DNA from: an uncultured Phycisphaerales bacterium
GTDB lineage: Bacteria > Planctomycetota > Phycisphaerae > Tepidisphaerales > Tepidisphaeraceae
Reading direction: 5' to 3'
Assembly: GCA_963755915.1 (NCBI GenBank)
Contig: CAVWLP010000002.1
Location: forward strand, 3,104,001 to 3,168,000
DNA length: 64,000 nt
The notes under the pieces are model-generated. The model saw only the letters and a program-made list of their open reading frames with translations. It had not been told where the DNA came from and did no database searches. Below are positions 52,235-62,828 of this stretch, piece by piece (within the stretch, counting starts at the first letter, position 1; every line of letters starts with the position of its first letter). Position numbers and translations under genes: made by a program.

Positions 52235-53713
52235 CTAAGAAACCGTTGGCTCTGAGGTTGCCTGGATAATTAATGTCTCTGGATCGATCACCTTTTGTGG
52301 CTCCGGTTCATCCGGAATCGGTTCAACGGCCTGGTTTTCCCGCTGCTTGCCGTAAATGTAGACGCGATACAGGAAGAGCAGGGACAGGGCTTGAAGCACG
52401 GTCGTCCAGATCGGGGCGTAGCGATAATAATGCGAGCTGCCGTTGAGCTTCCATTTCAACGCATCGAGCAGCAAGCCTAGCAGGGGCCCTCCGCCGATGA
52501 CGGCGATCGATCGAATCATCGCATCCGCGGAGCAGAATTGGCCGAACTTGTCCTTGGGAAGCAGCCGCATGTACATGGGCAATGATCCCGCGGTGTAGAG
52601 GATCGTGGCGGGCAAAACGGTGAGGCTGTACGTCGTATAGATCACCATCGAGACCCGCGGCGACGGATCGAAGAAAAGCCAGACGAGCAGCACTGGCGAA
52701 AGTACGACGATGATTGCGGTACTTATCAGCATGATGCGCACGGGATGAATTCGATCGACCATCATCCCGGCCGGATAAAGCAGCAAAACGCTGATAACCG
52801 CCGACCATCCGGCCACCTTGCCAAGTTGTCCGAGGCTCATTCCGAGCGACAAGTAAAGGTAAACCATGAAAGGCCCGGTGCAGGCGGCCGCGGCCCAAAA
52901 CATGTTGGACAGGAAAAAATCCCAGTAAAACCGGCTGTTGAAGCACTCGACGAAGTAGGTGCGTGCCGAAGCGAAAATGCCGGGCTGGCGCTCGGTTTCC
53001 TCGGCGGGGTCCGGATACTGCCCTTCTTTGACGTTCAGGCACATCAGCGTGAACGACACCAAATAGGCAACCGCGGCTCCCAGAAAAATCTCCCGCATGT
53101 ACGATCGGGAGTAGGGAAAGATGAAGAACTCAAAAAGAACGGTTGCCCCGGAGGCAATGACGCGAAACAGCGAAAGGAAGCGGCCGATAAACGCCTGCGG
53201 GACCACGTCATTGAAGAGGAAATAATAAATCGAATTGATGATCATGTTGAAAAATTGAAACATGATCGTGAACACCCCTACGAGAACGAGCGAAATTGTG
53301 ATTGGCGAGAAATGGCCCAGAAAATCGAGGATCTGATTGATGATTCGCGCCAGCGAGTCGGAATATCCCATCAGGATGAGAAACAGCGTCAGTGGCGGTG
53401 TGGCCCAGAAGAGGAATGGAAGACGTCGGCCCCAGCGGCTTCGGTATCGGTCCGATCGCGTGCTGACAATCGGGTTGACCACGAAATTCATGGCGTTGGG
53501 GATGGTGCTCAGGATAACCGCCGTGACGATGTTCGATGCATTTAGCCCCTGCAATTTCAGCGGGAGGACCTGGATGGCGACCATTTCCATCAGTTGGAAG
53601 CAGAAATTGCCCCACAGCAGCCATAGAAAGAGCATGGCCAGGCCGGCCGAAGTATATTTGAGCGTTCCGACGTGAAAGCGCCGCGAATCAGAACCTGGCG
53701 AGGCGGGGATCAT
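52235..53713 (-). CDS. MFS transporter
   Basis: About 12 TM segments, SDRYRSRWGRRLPF motif A; start set at MIPASP. Confidence 0.9.
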   Translation of the reverse strand: MIPASPGSDSRRFHVGTLKYTSAGLAMLFLWLLWGNFCFQLMEMVAIQVLPLKLQGLNASNIVTAVILSTIPNAMNFVVNPIVSTRSDRYRSRWGRRLPFLFWATPPLTLFLILMGYSDSLARIINQILDFLGHFSPITISLVLVGVFTIMFQFFNMIINSIYYFLFNDVVPQAFIGRFLSLFRVIASGATVLFEFFIFPYSRSYMREIFLGAAVAYLVSFTLMCLNVKEGQYPDPAEETERQPGIFASARTYFVECFNSRFYWDFFLSNMFWAAAACTGPFMVYLYLSLGMSLGQLGKVAGWSAVISVLLLYPAGMMVDRIHPVRIMLISTAIIVVLSPVLLVWLFFDPSPRVSMVIYTTYSLTVLPATILYTAGSLPMYMRLLPKDKFGQFCSADAMIRSIAVIGGGPLLGLLLDALKWKLNGSSHYYRYAPIWTTVLQALSLLFLYRVYIYGKQRENQAVEPIPDEPEPQKVIDPETLIIQATSEPTVS

Positions 53714-53957
53714 CGGGCCTTTCGCGTGATTTTCGCTTTTGGTTGGCTGGAGGCTTCCCGCGAAGGTATGCGGATTAATGGTTGCATTTCCGTCTGGCGG
53801 TTTGGCGGAATTGAGGGCATGATGAGGACTCGATGGAGCCTGGTGCGTTGCCGGTGTCGAGGGTTGTCGGAACAGACGTTTCTTGGTTGCCCGGTTACGG
53901 CGGCGTTCCGGCGCGGGAATTGCCACTGGAACGGACCAGCAAAGGGACTAATTCCAA

Positions 53958-53986
53958 TTGACTCCCATTGTCGGCAACGATATATT
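53958..53986 (+). promoter_or_regulatory. sigma70 promoter with embedded GntR-type operator
   Basis: TTGACT-N17-TATATT with TTGTCGGCAA in the spacer; twin at 55837. Confidence 0.78.
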
Positions 53987-53996
53987 ATCAAAGTCT

Positions 53997-54737
53997 ATGA
54001 GAAAGTTAACTCGAAAATCGGGACCAAAGAAACTGGGTTTTGACCGGCTTAGCGACAGGGCTTACGAGCAGTTGCACCGGGGGATAATCGAGGGCCGGTT
54101 CCAACCGGGTGAGCGGTTGATTGAATTGCGGATTTCCAAGCTGCTGAAGGTTGGTCGCACACCGCTGCGCGAGGCTTTTTTGCGTCTCGCCGCCGAAGGC
54201 CTGGTTGAAGGCGTCCCGGGCGTTGGGTTCTTCGTGAAGAACATGACGCTGAAGGACTTGGATGAATTGTTCCAGATCCGTGCGGCGCTGGAGTGCCTGT
54301 CGGTTCGTCTTTCGATGCAGCGCGGCTTCTCGGAACTGAGCCTGGTGGTCATGCGCGAATCCTGCGAGCGGTTGCGTAAGGCGCTAGTGGCGGGCGATTT
54401 CCGCAGCGCCAACAATGCCGATCTCGAATTTCATCGCGAGCTGATCGGGCTCGCCAACAGTCGCCGGTTGGAGACCGCCATACAGGGCAGCAATTTGCAG
54501 ATGCTGGCGTGGGAGTATCAGCGCAGCGGCCTCATGATCGTGCAGGATGAAAGCGATGTCGTGAAGGAGCATCTCCAGATTATCGCAGCGATGGAGCGGC
54601 GTGATGTTGACGAGGCGACAAGATTGCTCAACAGCCACATTACACTGGCCTTCCAGAAGGGGATCAAAGCGGCCATCGAACAGAAGGCGGTTGATTCGGT
54701 CCTCAACACCTCCGTGCCGATCGGAGATCTGTCGTAA
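53997..54737 (+). CDS. GntR family regulator (FCD type)
   Basis: PGERL.E, GRTPLREA, EGLV, FHREL, EHLQII. Confidence 0.93.
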   Translation: MRKLTRKSGPKKLGFDRLSDRAYEQLHRGIIEGRFQPGERLIELRISKLLKVGRTPLREAFLRLAAEGLVEGVPGVGFFVKNMTLKDLDELFQIRAALECLSVRLSMQRGFSELSLVVMRESCERLRKALVAGDFRSANNADLEFHRELIGLANSRRLETAIQGSNLQMLAWEYQRSGLMIVQDESDVVKEHLQIIAAMERRDVDEATRLLNSHITLAFQKGIKAAIEQKAVDSVLNTSVPIGDLS

Positions 54738-54880
54738 TTCAAGGATGAGCGAACTGGTTTGAAGGGCGAATTTTCGCTGACTGGCTCGGCCGGTTGACAG
54801 TTGTTCAGCGTCGGGTGGGAGTCGAGTTGATTTATTAGAGTGAGGGTGCGCTGATTGAGCAGGGCTGAGTTGCGCCTTCA

Positions 54881-55795
54881 ATGGGTCTTGTGTCGCCATT
54901 TTGGGAGGCTTTTGTGCCGAGGGTCACTTCAGTTTCATCTTTGGGATGGGCGCATTACACCTTATACGAGGCGCTGCCAAGAATGGCGGCGAGAGGTTTC
55001 ACGCGAATCGAAATCGCGAGTTTTCAGAGCTATTGCTTTCATTTTAACTTTGGAAGCCCGACTCCAACGGAGTTGCGTCGCATGTTGGATGAACACGGCC
55101 TGGAACCGATTTGCCTGAATTTCGATTCCGGTACGTACCAGGCGTGGATCCCCGAGGAAATCAATCGTTTTGTCGCCGACTCAACGCGCAAAATCCAGCA
55201 GTTGAGCGAGGTGGGTATTCCGATGATGACCATGAGCTTCGGCACGCGAACAACGCGCAACGACCACAAATACCAGTTGGGAAACGAGCTAAAGGCCTAC
55301 GATGCGGTTGCGAAGGTTAGCGCTCGCTATGGCGTAAAAATGCTCCTCGAGGTGCCGCATCTTTACGGTAACATGTGGAGTGCCGAAGATGCGCTGTGGG
55401 TTTTTTCGCGCCTCGATAACGCAAATGTTGGCGCTCTGGTTGATTCGAGCCATTGGGGCATCATCGGCTACGATCTTCGCAGCTTTTTGATGGCGCTGGG
55501 CGATCGCCTGTGGCACGTGCACTTGCGCGATTCAGACGGGGAGGATACGGCCAATTTTCGCCAGCAGCTTGAATTGACCCCGGGTGACGGCTCGGTCGAT
55601 TTCCGCTATTTCGGGCAGGTGCTGGATTCACTGGGGTACTCGGGCGACGTTTCGCTGGATTTTGAGTATCGGGACAAGACGCTTGGGGCGATTGAAACCG
55701 AGTTCAGCAAGGGATTGAAGCAGCTTGAGAAGTTGGGCTGGGAATTGCCCGACCGTGTTCGCCGCGACGCTGTGGCGATGGTTTACGGGCCGTGA
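54881..55795 (+). CDS. Sugar-phosphate isomerase/epimerase (TIM barrel)
   Basis: LLEVPH, VDSSH, HVHLRD, PGDG.VDF. Confidence 0.85.
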   Translation: MGLVSPFWEAFVPRVTSVSSLGWAHYTLYEALPRMAARGFTRIEIASFQSYCFHFNFGSPTPTELRRMLDEHGLEPICLNFDSGTYQAWIPEEINRFVADSTRKIQQLSEVGIPMMTMSFGTRTTRNDHKYQLGNELKAYDAVAKVSARYGVKMLLEVPHLYGNMWSAEDALWVFSRLDNANVGALVDSSHWGIIGYDLRSFLMALGDRLWHVHLRDSDGEDTANFRQQLELTPGDGSVDFRYFGQVLDSLGYSGDVSLDFEYRDKTLGAIETEFSKGLKQLEKLGWELPDRVRRDAVAMVYGP

Positions 55796-55836
55796 GGTCT
55801 TAAGCAAAAAAATACACGGCGGCGGCCCGATTTTTA

Positions 55837-55865
55837 TTGCCGTACATTGTCGACAGTGATATATT
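55837..55865 (+). promoter_or_regulatory. sigma70 promoter with embedded GntR-type operator (twin of 53958)
   Basis: TTGCCG-N17-TATATT with near-palindrome CATTGTCGACAGTG in the spacer. Confidence 0.78.
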
Positions 55866-55875
55866 CCGGCTCGTC

Positions 55876-56658
55876 ATGACCAAAAAATGTTGCACGAGCC
55901 GTCTGGAAAGTAAGGGGTTTACGCTCGTCGAACTTCTCGTCGTGATCGGCATCATCGCGATCCTGATCTCCTTGTTGCTCCCCGCTCTCAACAATGCGCG
56001 AAACCAGGCCAACACCGTCGCCTGCATGAACAACCTCCGGCAGCAAGGGCTTGCGCTGCGAATGTATGCCAACGACAACCAGGGCCACCTGATGTACGCG
56101 CAGTATTACGCAGACTATCTTGGCCGGTATCTCGGCATCGCGGGCGACCCCACTCACGGCGTTTCAAGCGAAACCGAATCTCACAATGCCTGGTTTGGCG
56201 ACTACCTTCCGCGGGACCAGGTTTTCTGGTGCCCATCGTTGGGTACAGAGTGGGTCGGCGACGTGGCCTACGGCTTGAATTACCCCAACGTGTTCAGCGA
56301 CGGCGAAGTGGGTTGGAACACCGATTTTCCCGATGGCGCTGACAGCCGCAAGCTCGATAAGGTCCCAAGTACCACTTATCTCGTCTGTGATGCCCTTAAC
56401 GCTTATGTGTTCTCCCCAAACTGGTACCCGATGACGATCAGCCTTGCCCATATTGGCATTCCGGACTCCTATTTCTTCATCCAGTTCGAGCAGCAGCCGA
56501 TCCCTTACTATTTGTTTTTCAATGGCGCCCGTCCCCGGCACTCTGTCAAGCAGATGGGGATCAACTTTTTATTCTGCGATGGTTCGGTTCAAACGCATAC
56601 GCTTTACGACTTCTGCAAAAATAATTACCAGCTCTGGGGACATCCCGACCGGCCATAG
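55876..56658 (+). CDS. Prepilin-type N-terminal cleavage/methylation protein (DUF1559 / H-X9-DG family)
   Basis: [39 protein letters not shown]...NFLFCDG. Confidence 0.92.
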   Translation: MTKKCCTSRLESKGFTLVELLVVIGIIAILISLLLPALNNARNQANTVACMNNLRQQGLALRMYANDNQGHLMYAQYYADYLGRYLGIAGDPTHGVSSETESHNAWFGDYLPRDQVFWCPSLGTEWVGDVAYGLNYPNVFSDGEVGWNTDFPDGADSRKLDKVPSTTYLVCDALNAYVFSPNWYPMTISLAHIGIPDSYFFIQFEQQPIPYYLFFNGARPRHSVKQMGINFLFCDGSVQTHTLYDFCKNNYQLWGHPDRP

Positions 56659-56781
56659 AGCCCGGGAGGCTGGGTGAATTACCGTGGAGTGCGACTGACA
56701 AAACAGGCTTGAAAAGATCATCTGGAGAAATGTGCGGGCGTCTCGGCGTGCCGTTACGAAGTGACTTTTGGAGGTGTGATC

Positions 56782-58638
56782 ATGGTTTCTCGTCGAACAG
56801 CGATTAATGGATCGATCCTTGCGCTAAGCGCGATCGCCGCTGCTCCAACCTTTGCGACGAATCTAGTGTTCAACAATTCGCGAAGCGATGGCAAAACCTA
56901 CGTGGGGTTTTATTCAAATTCGTCCGATCCTCTGAGTACCTACGGAACGGATGTGAACTTTGGCTCGGCCAGCACCGGAACGACAACGGTCGTTCAGAAT
57001 GCGAGCAACACCGACACCTTCAACTATCAGGAAGGCAACGGATGGACGCCGGACGTGGCGATGTCGTACAGCGTCGGCGGCGCTCAGGCGGTGGGAGTTT
57101 ACTATACGGGCGCTGCCAGCGATTGGCCCAATGGCGCGGCGCTGCTCGGCGGAAACTTTCCCAACGATCCTAACGACGATTTCTATTTCACCTTCACTCC
57201 TTCGCCGGGCTATGCGGTTCGGCTCAATTCGTACGAGCTCGTTGCCGGATCGTATGACGACATCCGAACGACCTGCACGGTATATGAGAACACGATCGGC
57301 GGGCCGGAAATGGTGCCGACGACAACCACCGTTGGCATCGCCGACTCACCTGGCAGTAGCTCCACCTTCAATCTGGCGGCGAATTATGGGTCGACGTTTT
57401 ATGAGGGGACGCTGATCCTCGACGTTCATCAAACCACCGGCAACCCTGGCGATGTGGGAATCACCAATCTGAATTTCGACCAGGAGTACGTCGCGGCGAC
57501 GGGTGAATGGGCTGTCGCTAGTTCCGGGGACTGGAATGTGGCCAGCAACTGGGGCGGCGACGCCGTGCCCAATGGAGTCGGCGCCACCGCGACCCTGGGC
57601 CAGGTCATTATGACTTCGCAGACCGTCTTCACGAATAGCGCGATAACGCTGGGCACACTGACATTCAACAATTCCAATCAGTACGTTCTCACGGGGGCCG
57701 GCAGCCTGACGCTGCAAACGAATTCCGGCAACGCGATGGTTAATGTCGAGCAGGGATCGCACACGCTGAACCTGCCGACAACGCTGGCGAGCAATACCAC
57801 GTTCGACGTCGCTTCTAGCGCAACGCTGGTGGTCGGAAACCCGCTGACGATCAATTCGGGGGAAACGCTGACGACCAGCGGTGGCGGCACAGTGACCTAT
57901 GAGTCAACGGTAACCGTAGCCAGCGACGCTTCGGTCGCGTTTGCCGACAACAGCAGCGCGGACGGGATCACGGTGGCTTCAGGGGGCGTGGCCAACATCA
58001 GCGGCTCAAAAGGGACCGTCGTTGAGGTCAACAACCTTTCCAACAGCGGAACATTCAACGTCGGCACCGGTGAGTTGCTCGTCGATTATGGATCGAATTC
58101 GGACCCGATCTCCTCAATTGTGGCACAAATCAAAAGTGGCTACGCCAACGGTCACTGGAACGGCACGGGTATCATCTCTTCCGCGGCACAAACACATGCC
58201 GGCCTTGTCTACGGACTGGGATTTGCTGACGGAAAAGACGGCGTGGTTGCGGGCCTGAGTTCCGGTCAAATCGAAGTGAAATACACGTTGCTTGGGGATG
58301 CGAATCTTGACGGTGTCGTCAACGGCGCTGACTTCAGCATTCTGGCGGCCAACTTCGGCCAGAGCGCGAACGGCTGGGACCAGGGCGACTTTGACTACAA
58401 CGGCGTTGTGAACGGCAGCGACTTCGCGGCTTTGGCGGCGAATTTCGGCCAGGGCGCGAGCACGGGCTCGGCCGCGACCGCCAGCGACGTCGCTGCCCTT
58501 GACGCGTTCGCGGCGGCCAACGGCCTGCCCGCGCCGACCTTTGCAAGTGTGCCTGAGCCCGCCTCGATGGGGCTGCTCGTAGTCGGCCTGGTCGGGATGA
58601 TTGGCCGCCGCCGTAGAAACAGATGCTCAAACCCCTGA
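56782..58638 (+). CDS. Secreted PEP-CTERM protein with dockerin-like repeat
   Basis: Signal peptide, GDANLDG..NG.DF twice, VPEP-TM-RRRR. Confidence 0.92.
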   Translation: MVSRRTAINGSILALSAIAAAPTFATNLVFNNSRSDGKTYVGFYSNSSDPLSTYGTDVNFGSASTGTTTVVQNASNTDTFNYQEGNGWTPDVAMSYSVGGAQAVGVYYTGAASDWPNGAALLGGNFPNDPNDDFYFTFTPSPGYAVRLNSYELVAGSYDDIRTTCTVYENTIGGPEMVPTTTTVGIADSPGSSSTFNLAANYGSTFYEGTLILDVHQTTGNPGDVGITNLNFDQEYVAATGEWAVASSGDWNVASNWGGDAVPNGVGATATLGQVIMTSQTVFTNSAITLGTLTFNNSNQYVLTGAGSLTLQTNSGNAMVNVEQGSHTLNLPTTLASNTTFDVASSATLVVGNPLTINSGETLTTSGGGTVTYESTVTVASDASVAFADNSSADGITVASGGVANISGSKGTVVEVNNLSNSGTFNVGTGELLVDYGSNSDPISSIVAQIKSGYANGHWNGTGIISSAAQTHAGLVYGLGFADGKDGVVAGLSSGQIEVKYTLLGDANLDGVVNGADFSILAANFGQSANGWDQGDFDYNGVVNGSDFAALAANFGQGASTGSAATASDVAALDAFAAANGLPAPTFASVPEPASMGLLVVGLVGMIGRRRRNRCSNP

Positions 58639-58719
58639 CTTCTCGATGGGAATAGGCAACTGGGAGAAATGTGTTAGGACAATAAAAGTCGTAACGAAGT
58701 GAAATTTGGAGGTGTGATC

Positions 58720-60576
58720 ATGGTTTCTCGTCGAAAGGCAATGAAAGGCTCGATTGCAGTGCTGAGCGCGGTAGCTGTGCGCTCTGCATTTGCCACGGAT
58801 CTGGAATTTGACAACACCCGTAGCGACGGGCAGTCGTACGTGGGGAGCTATTCGGACACGACCGATCCTTTGAGCACGTACGGAACGGATGTGAACTTCG
58901 GCTCGGCGACGACGGGAAGCACGAGCGTCTATCAGAATTTCATCAACACCTACACGTTCAACTACAACATCGGCAACGGGTGGACGCCGAATGTGTCGAT
59001 GGCGTATAGCTCTGCCGGCGCCCAGGCGGTGGGCATTACTTACACCGGCCCGGCGAGCGTTTGGCCCAACGGCGCTGCCGAATTACAGGGAATGGGTGCC
59101 AACAATCCCAATGATGATTTCTATTTCACGTTCACGCCGGCCCCGGGTTATGCCGTACGCATTAACTCCTACGATCTAGTCAACGGCTCCTACGGCGCCA
59201 TTTCGTCCGCCGGGACGATTTACGAAGGCGCCGTCGGCGGTCAGACGTTGGTGCCAACCTTTGTGCCGGCTAACGTAGGCTCGGGACCCGGGCAGGATGT
59301 TACGGTCGACCTGCTGGATGACTACGGTTCGACATTTTATACGGGTACGCTGATTTTAGACGTTCACATGACCAACGGTAATCCCGGCGATCTTGGTCTT
59401 ACCAACTTGAACTTCGATCAGGAGTTGGTGGCGGGTCCCGGTGCGTGGGGAAATTTTGGTTCCGGTGACTGGAACAACGCAAACAACTGGGGCGGCGGTG
59501 TTGTGCCGAACGGTGTCGGCACGTCGGCTACCTTTGGCAGCGCAATCAGTTCCGCCGAAACGGTCTACACGAACAGCCCGGTCACCGTCGGCTCGATGAC
59601 ATTCGACAACACGAATGAATACCTCATCGGCGGTTCGGGCCCCCTGACGTTGCAGAACAACTCCGGCAGCGCGACCGTTAACGTGCAGGAAGGGACGCAT
59701 GAAATTGACCTGCCAACGATCGTTGCCAGCAACACCGTGTTTGATGTCACTTCCGGTGCTTCACTTATTATCGGTAACCCATTGACGATCAACTCCGGAA
59801 ACACGCTCACAACCACCGGTGGTGGCGCGGTCACCTATGAATCGAAAATAACCGTGCAGAGCAGTGCGTCGATCGCCTTTTCCAACTCCACGCATGCCTA
59901 TGAGCTTTCGGTGGCGTCCGGCGGCAATGCGAGCATCACGAGTCCAAATGGAGGCGTCATCGTCGAAGTCGACAATCTCGCCAACAGCGGAACCGTAGAT
60001 ATTGCCAACAACGAGATGATCGTGAACTACGGCTCCGGGAGCGACCCCGTTCAGTCGATTCGGCAGGAGCTCCTTTCCGGCTATAACAACGGCGGCTGGA
60101 ACGGCACGGGAATTATCTCCTCCGTCGCGCAGACGCCGACCAACGGTTTGCGCTACGGCGTCGGCTGGGCGGACAGCAAGGACAATGTCGTATCAGGCCT
60201 GAGCTCGGGTCAGATCGAAATCAAATACACACTCCTCGGCGATGCAAATCTCGACGGCACCGTGAACGGAAGCGACTTCAGCATTCTGGCTGCCAACTTC
60301 GGCCTCGGTCATACCAATTGGGACCAGGGCGATTTCCTTTTCGCGTCCTCCGTCAACGGGTCCGACTTCAGTGCTCTGGCCGCCAATTTTGGCCAGGGCG
60401 ACAACTACGCCGCGGGAACCACCGCGGCTGACTGGGCTGCGCTGGACGCCTTTGCCGCCGCCAATGGTTTACCTTTGCCAACTCCGGCAGCTGTGCCTGA
60501 GCCCGCGTCGATGGGTATTCTCGCGCTGGGCGTAGTCGGCCTGATCAGCCGCCGCCGACGGCGAGTTATCGCCTGA
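58720..60576 (+). CDS. Secreted PEP-CTERM protein, paralog of 56782-58638
   Basis: Same architecture and length; VPEPAS...RRRRR. Confidence 0.92.
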   Translation: MVSRRKAMKGSIAVLSAVAVRSAFATDLEFDNTRSDGQSYVGSYSDTTDPLSTYGTDVNFGSATTGSTSVYQNFINTYTFNYNIGNGWTPNVSMAYSSAGAQAVGITYTGPASVWPNGAAELQGMGANNPNDDFYFTFTPAPGYAVRINSYDLVNGSYGAISSAGTIYEGAVGGQTLVPTFVPANVGSGPGQDVTVDLLDDYGSTFYTGTLILDVHMTNGNPGDLGLTNLNFDQELVAGPGAWGNFGSGDWNNANNWGGGVVPNGVGTSATFGSAISSAETVYTNSPVTVGSMTFDNTNEYLIGGSGPLTLQNNSGSATVNVQEGTHEIDLPTIVASNTVFDVTSGASLIIGNPLTINSGNTLTTTGGGAVTYESKITVQSSASIAFSNSTHAYELSVASGGNASITSPNGGVIVEVDNLANSGTVDIANNEMIVNYGSGSDPVQSIRQELLSGYNNGGWNGTGIISSVAQTPTNGLRYGVGWADSKDNVVSGLSSGQIEIKYTLLGDANLDGTVNGSDFSILAANFGLGHTNWDQGDFLFASSVNGSDFSALAANFGQGDNYAAGTTAADWAALDAFAAANGLPLPTPAAVPEPASMGILALGVVGLISRRRRRVIA

Positions 60577-60595
60577 CAGCCGCGGGCCGATCATT

Positions 60596-62821
60596 ATGAA
60601 AAGAATCTCAAAGCGGTATATTCTTCTTGCCGGCGCTTTCTTCGGCACACCCGCGTACGCGCAGGAAAAATCCCTGATTGAATGGGGTTACGACAGCCCC
60701 GACACCAGCTTCTTCCAGGGAAATCTCCCGGCGATGGAGCAAACGCCGTTTGCGGGTACGGTCTTCACGGCTCGCCCCAACACGGGAACAAACAACGAGT
60801 TTTCCTGGGATTCTTGGGGAACGACGGTCTACACCCAGGCGCAGATGCAGCAGGCGGTGAATAACCTTCAAGCCGTCACCAATTGGGGCAATTTCAATCA
60901 GAATTTTCTGCGGTTCAATACAACTCCGGGGAACGTCGATTGGTTCGATAGCTTTAATTCGATCCTCTCGAATGTGGGAACCGCGGCCTGGATCGTTCAG
61001 CAGGCGAGCGCAGGCGTCCAAGGGCTATGGTTCGACGACGAAGCCTATCAGGGGCAGCTCTGGGAATACTCAGCCCAAAAATATACGTCGACTTATTCTT
61101 TCGCCCAGTATGAGGCGCAGGTTGAACTTCGCGGCGAGCAGGTGATGAATGCGATCCAGGCCGTCGATCCCAATATCACCATCGTGATTCCCAACGCCTT
61201 TGAAGACGTCTGGGAGGACATCGACGGAAACCTCAACAACTTGCAAAGCAACGCCTATGGTCTGCTGCCGGCGTTTCTCAATGGAATGATCGAGGCGGCG
61301 GGATCGGGGATTAAGCTGGTTGACGGAGACGAAAGCACGTATGGCGACAAAACCCTTTCGCAATTCGAGGCCAACAGAACCACAATCCTCTCGACGGATC
61401 TTCCGCTGGTCCAGGATCCGACGAAATATTTGCAGCTCATGGGGGTCTCTTCGGGCACGTTCATGGACCTTGGGCACGCGACCGGTCAGTGGTACACCAA
61501 TCCCTCGCAGTTCAATTTAAATTACTTCACACCGTCCGGGTTTCAGACCGCCGTTACCGATTCGCTCCAGGTTGCTGATCAATACGCCTACGTCTACAGC
61601 GAAACGAGTTTCTGGTGGCCCTCCAACGGAGTGGACAACGTTCCCACGGCCTACATCCAGGCCGCGCAGGCAGCCGCGATTGCGGGCAATCCAAATTCCT
61701 GGGCGATTAGCGGCTCGGGAGACTGGACAAATGAGGCCAATTGGGCTGACGACATTGAGCCCAATGGCGTCGGCGCCCAGGCGATGTTCCTGCGCACGAT
61801 AACTTCTCCGGAAACGGTGTACACCAACAGCCCGGTTACCGTCGGGTCGATGACGTTCGATAACGTCTTTACCTACGTGATCGGCGGCGCCGGCAGCCTT
61901 ACCCTGCAGGTTTCGGCGGGCGACGCGAACATTACTGTCAACCACGGTTCCCATGAGATCGATCTCCCGATGACGATCGCCAGCAACACGGTTTTCGATG
62001 TCGCCAGCGGCGCGGCGCTGGTGATCGACAACCCAATGACGATCGATCCCGGGGTGACCCTGGTGCAAAGCGGCGCCGGCACGGTGACCTACAACTCGAT
62101 CGTCAATGTACTGGGCGGCGCTGCCGTTTCATTCGGGGCATCGGTGCATGCGGACAGCCTTTCACTCTCATCCGGTTCTACGGCGTCGGTAGCCGGTACG
62201 GGCACAACGCTCCAGGTGAACAGCCTCTCCAACGCGGGCACGATCGACCTTCAGAAAAACGCGCTCATGATCGACTATGGCGGCGGGGGAGATCCCATCG
62301 CTTCGGTCCGTGCTGAGCTTCTAAGCGGCTTTAACGGCGGCCTGTGGAACGGCCACGGGATTATTTCCTCCTCCATCGCACCGGGCACCGGAGGGTATCA
62401 ATATGGAATCGGATACGCCGACAGCGTCGACGGCGTCGTCGCCGGATTGAGTTCCGGCGAGATTGAAGTGAAATACACGCTGCTGGGCGACGCCAACCTC
62501 GATGGCGTGGTCAACGGCGCCGACCTGGCAATTTTCGAATCGAATTTTGGCCACCATGTGAACGGGTGGGATCAGGGTGACTTCACCTATGCCGGCACCG
62601 TAAATGCCGCCGATTTTGCCGGGCTGGCTGCGAATTTCATTCTGGACGACAGCAATCCCGGTGATTTGGCTTCGCTTGACGCATTTGCGGCCGCCAATGG
62701 ATTAATGGCCGATGTCCCCGAGCCGGCCAGCGTTGGGCTGGTTTCGCTGGGCGCGATTGCGGCGCTGGGCGCACGCCGGCGCCGAAAGCATGTGCACGCG
62801 ATGGCTCACGCCTCTTTGTGA
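60596..62821 (+). CDS. PEP-CTERM protein with a distinct ~350-aa N-terminal (possibly GH-like barrel) domain
   Basis: Signal peptide, LIEWG..P, GLWFDDEAY, VDGDE; shared C-terminal module and VPEP. Confidence 0.88.
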   Translation: MKRISKRYILLAGAFFGTPAYAQEKSLIEWGYDSPDTSFFQGNLPAMEQTPFAGTVFTARPNTGTNNEFSWDSWGTTVYTQAQMQQAVNNLQAVTNWGNFNQNFLRFNTTPGNVDWFDSFNSILSNVGTAAWIVQQASAGVQGLWFDDEAYQGQLWEYSAQKYTSTYSFAQYEAQVELRGEQVMNAIQAVDPNITIVIPNAFEDVWEDIDGNLNNLQSNAYGLLPAFLNGMIEAAGSGIKLVDGDESTYGDKTLSQFEANRTTILSTDLPLVQDPTKYLQLMGVSSGTFMDLGHATGQWYTNPSQFNLNYFTPSGFQTAVTDSLQVADQYAYVYSETSFWWPSNGVDNVPTAYIQAAQAAAIAGNPNSWAISGSGDWTNEANWADDIEPNGVGAQAMFLRTITSPETVYTNSPVTVGSMTFDNVFTYVIGGAGSLTLQVSAGDANITVNHGSHEIDLPMTIASNTVFDVASGAALVIDNPMTIDPGVTLVQSGAGTVTYNSIVNVLGGAAVSFGASVHADSLSLSSGSTASVAGTGTTLQVNSLSNAGTIDLQKNALMIDYGGGGDPIASVRAELLSGFNGGLWNGHGIISSSIAPGTGGYQYGIGYADSVDGVVAGLSSGEIEVKYTLLGDANLDGVVNGADLAIFESNFGHHVNGWDQGDFTYAGTVNAADFAGLAANFILDDSNPGDLASLDAFAAANGLMADVPEPASVGLVSLGAIAALGARRRRKHVHAMAHASL

Positions 62822-62828
62822 GATTGAC

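Noticed and set aside
48252-54781. Shared GCGAATTT(T)CGCTGAC at ~48252 and ~54766
   Set aside because: Only two short copies with unequal spacing; cannot be distinguished from chance
58290-62640. Cellulosome inferred from the dockerin-like repeats
   Set aside because: No cohesin or scaffoldin in the window, and the proteins have their own PEP-CTERM anchors
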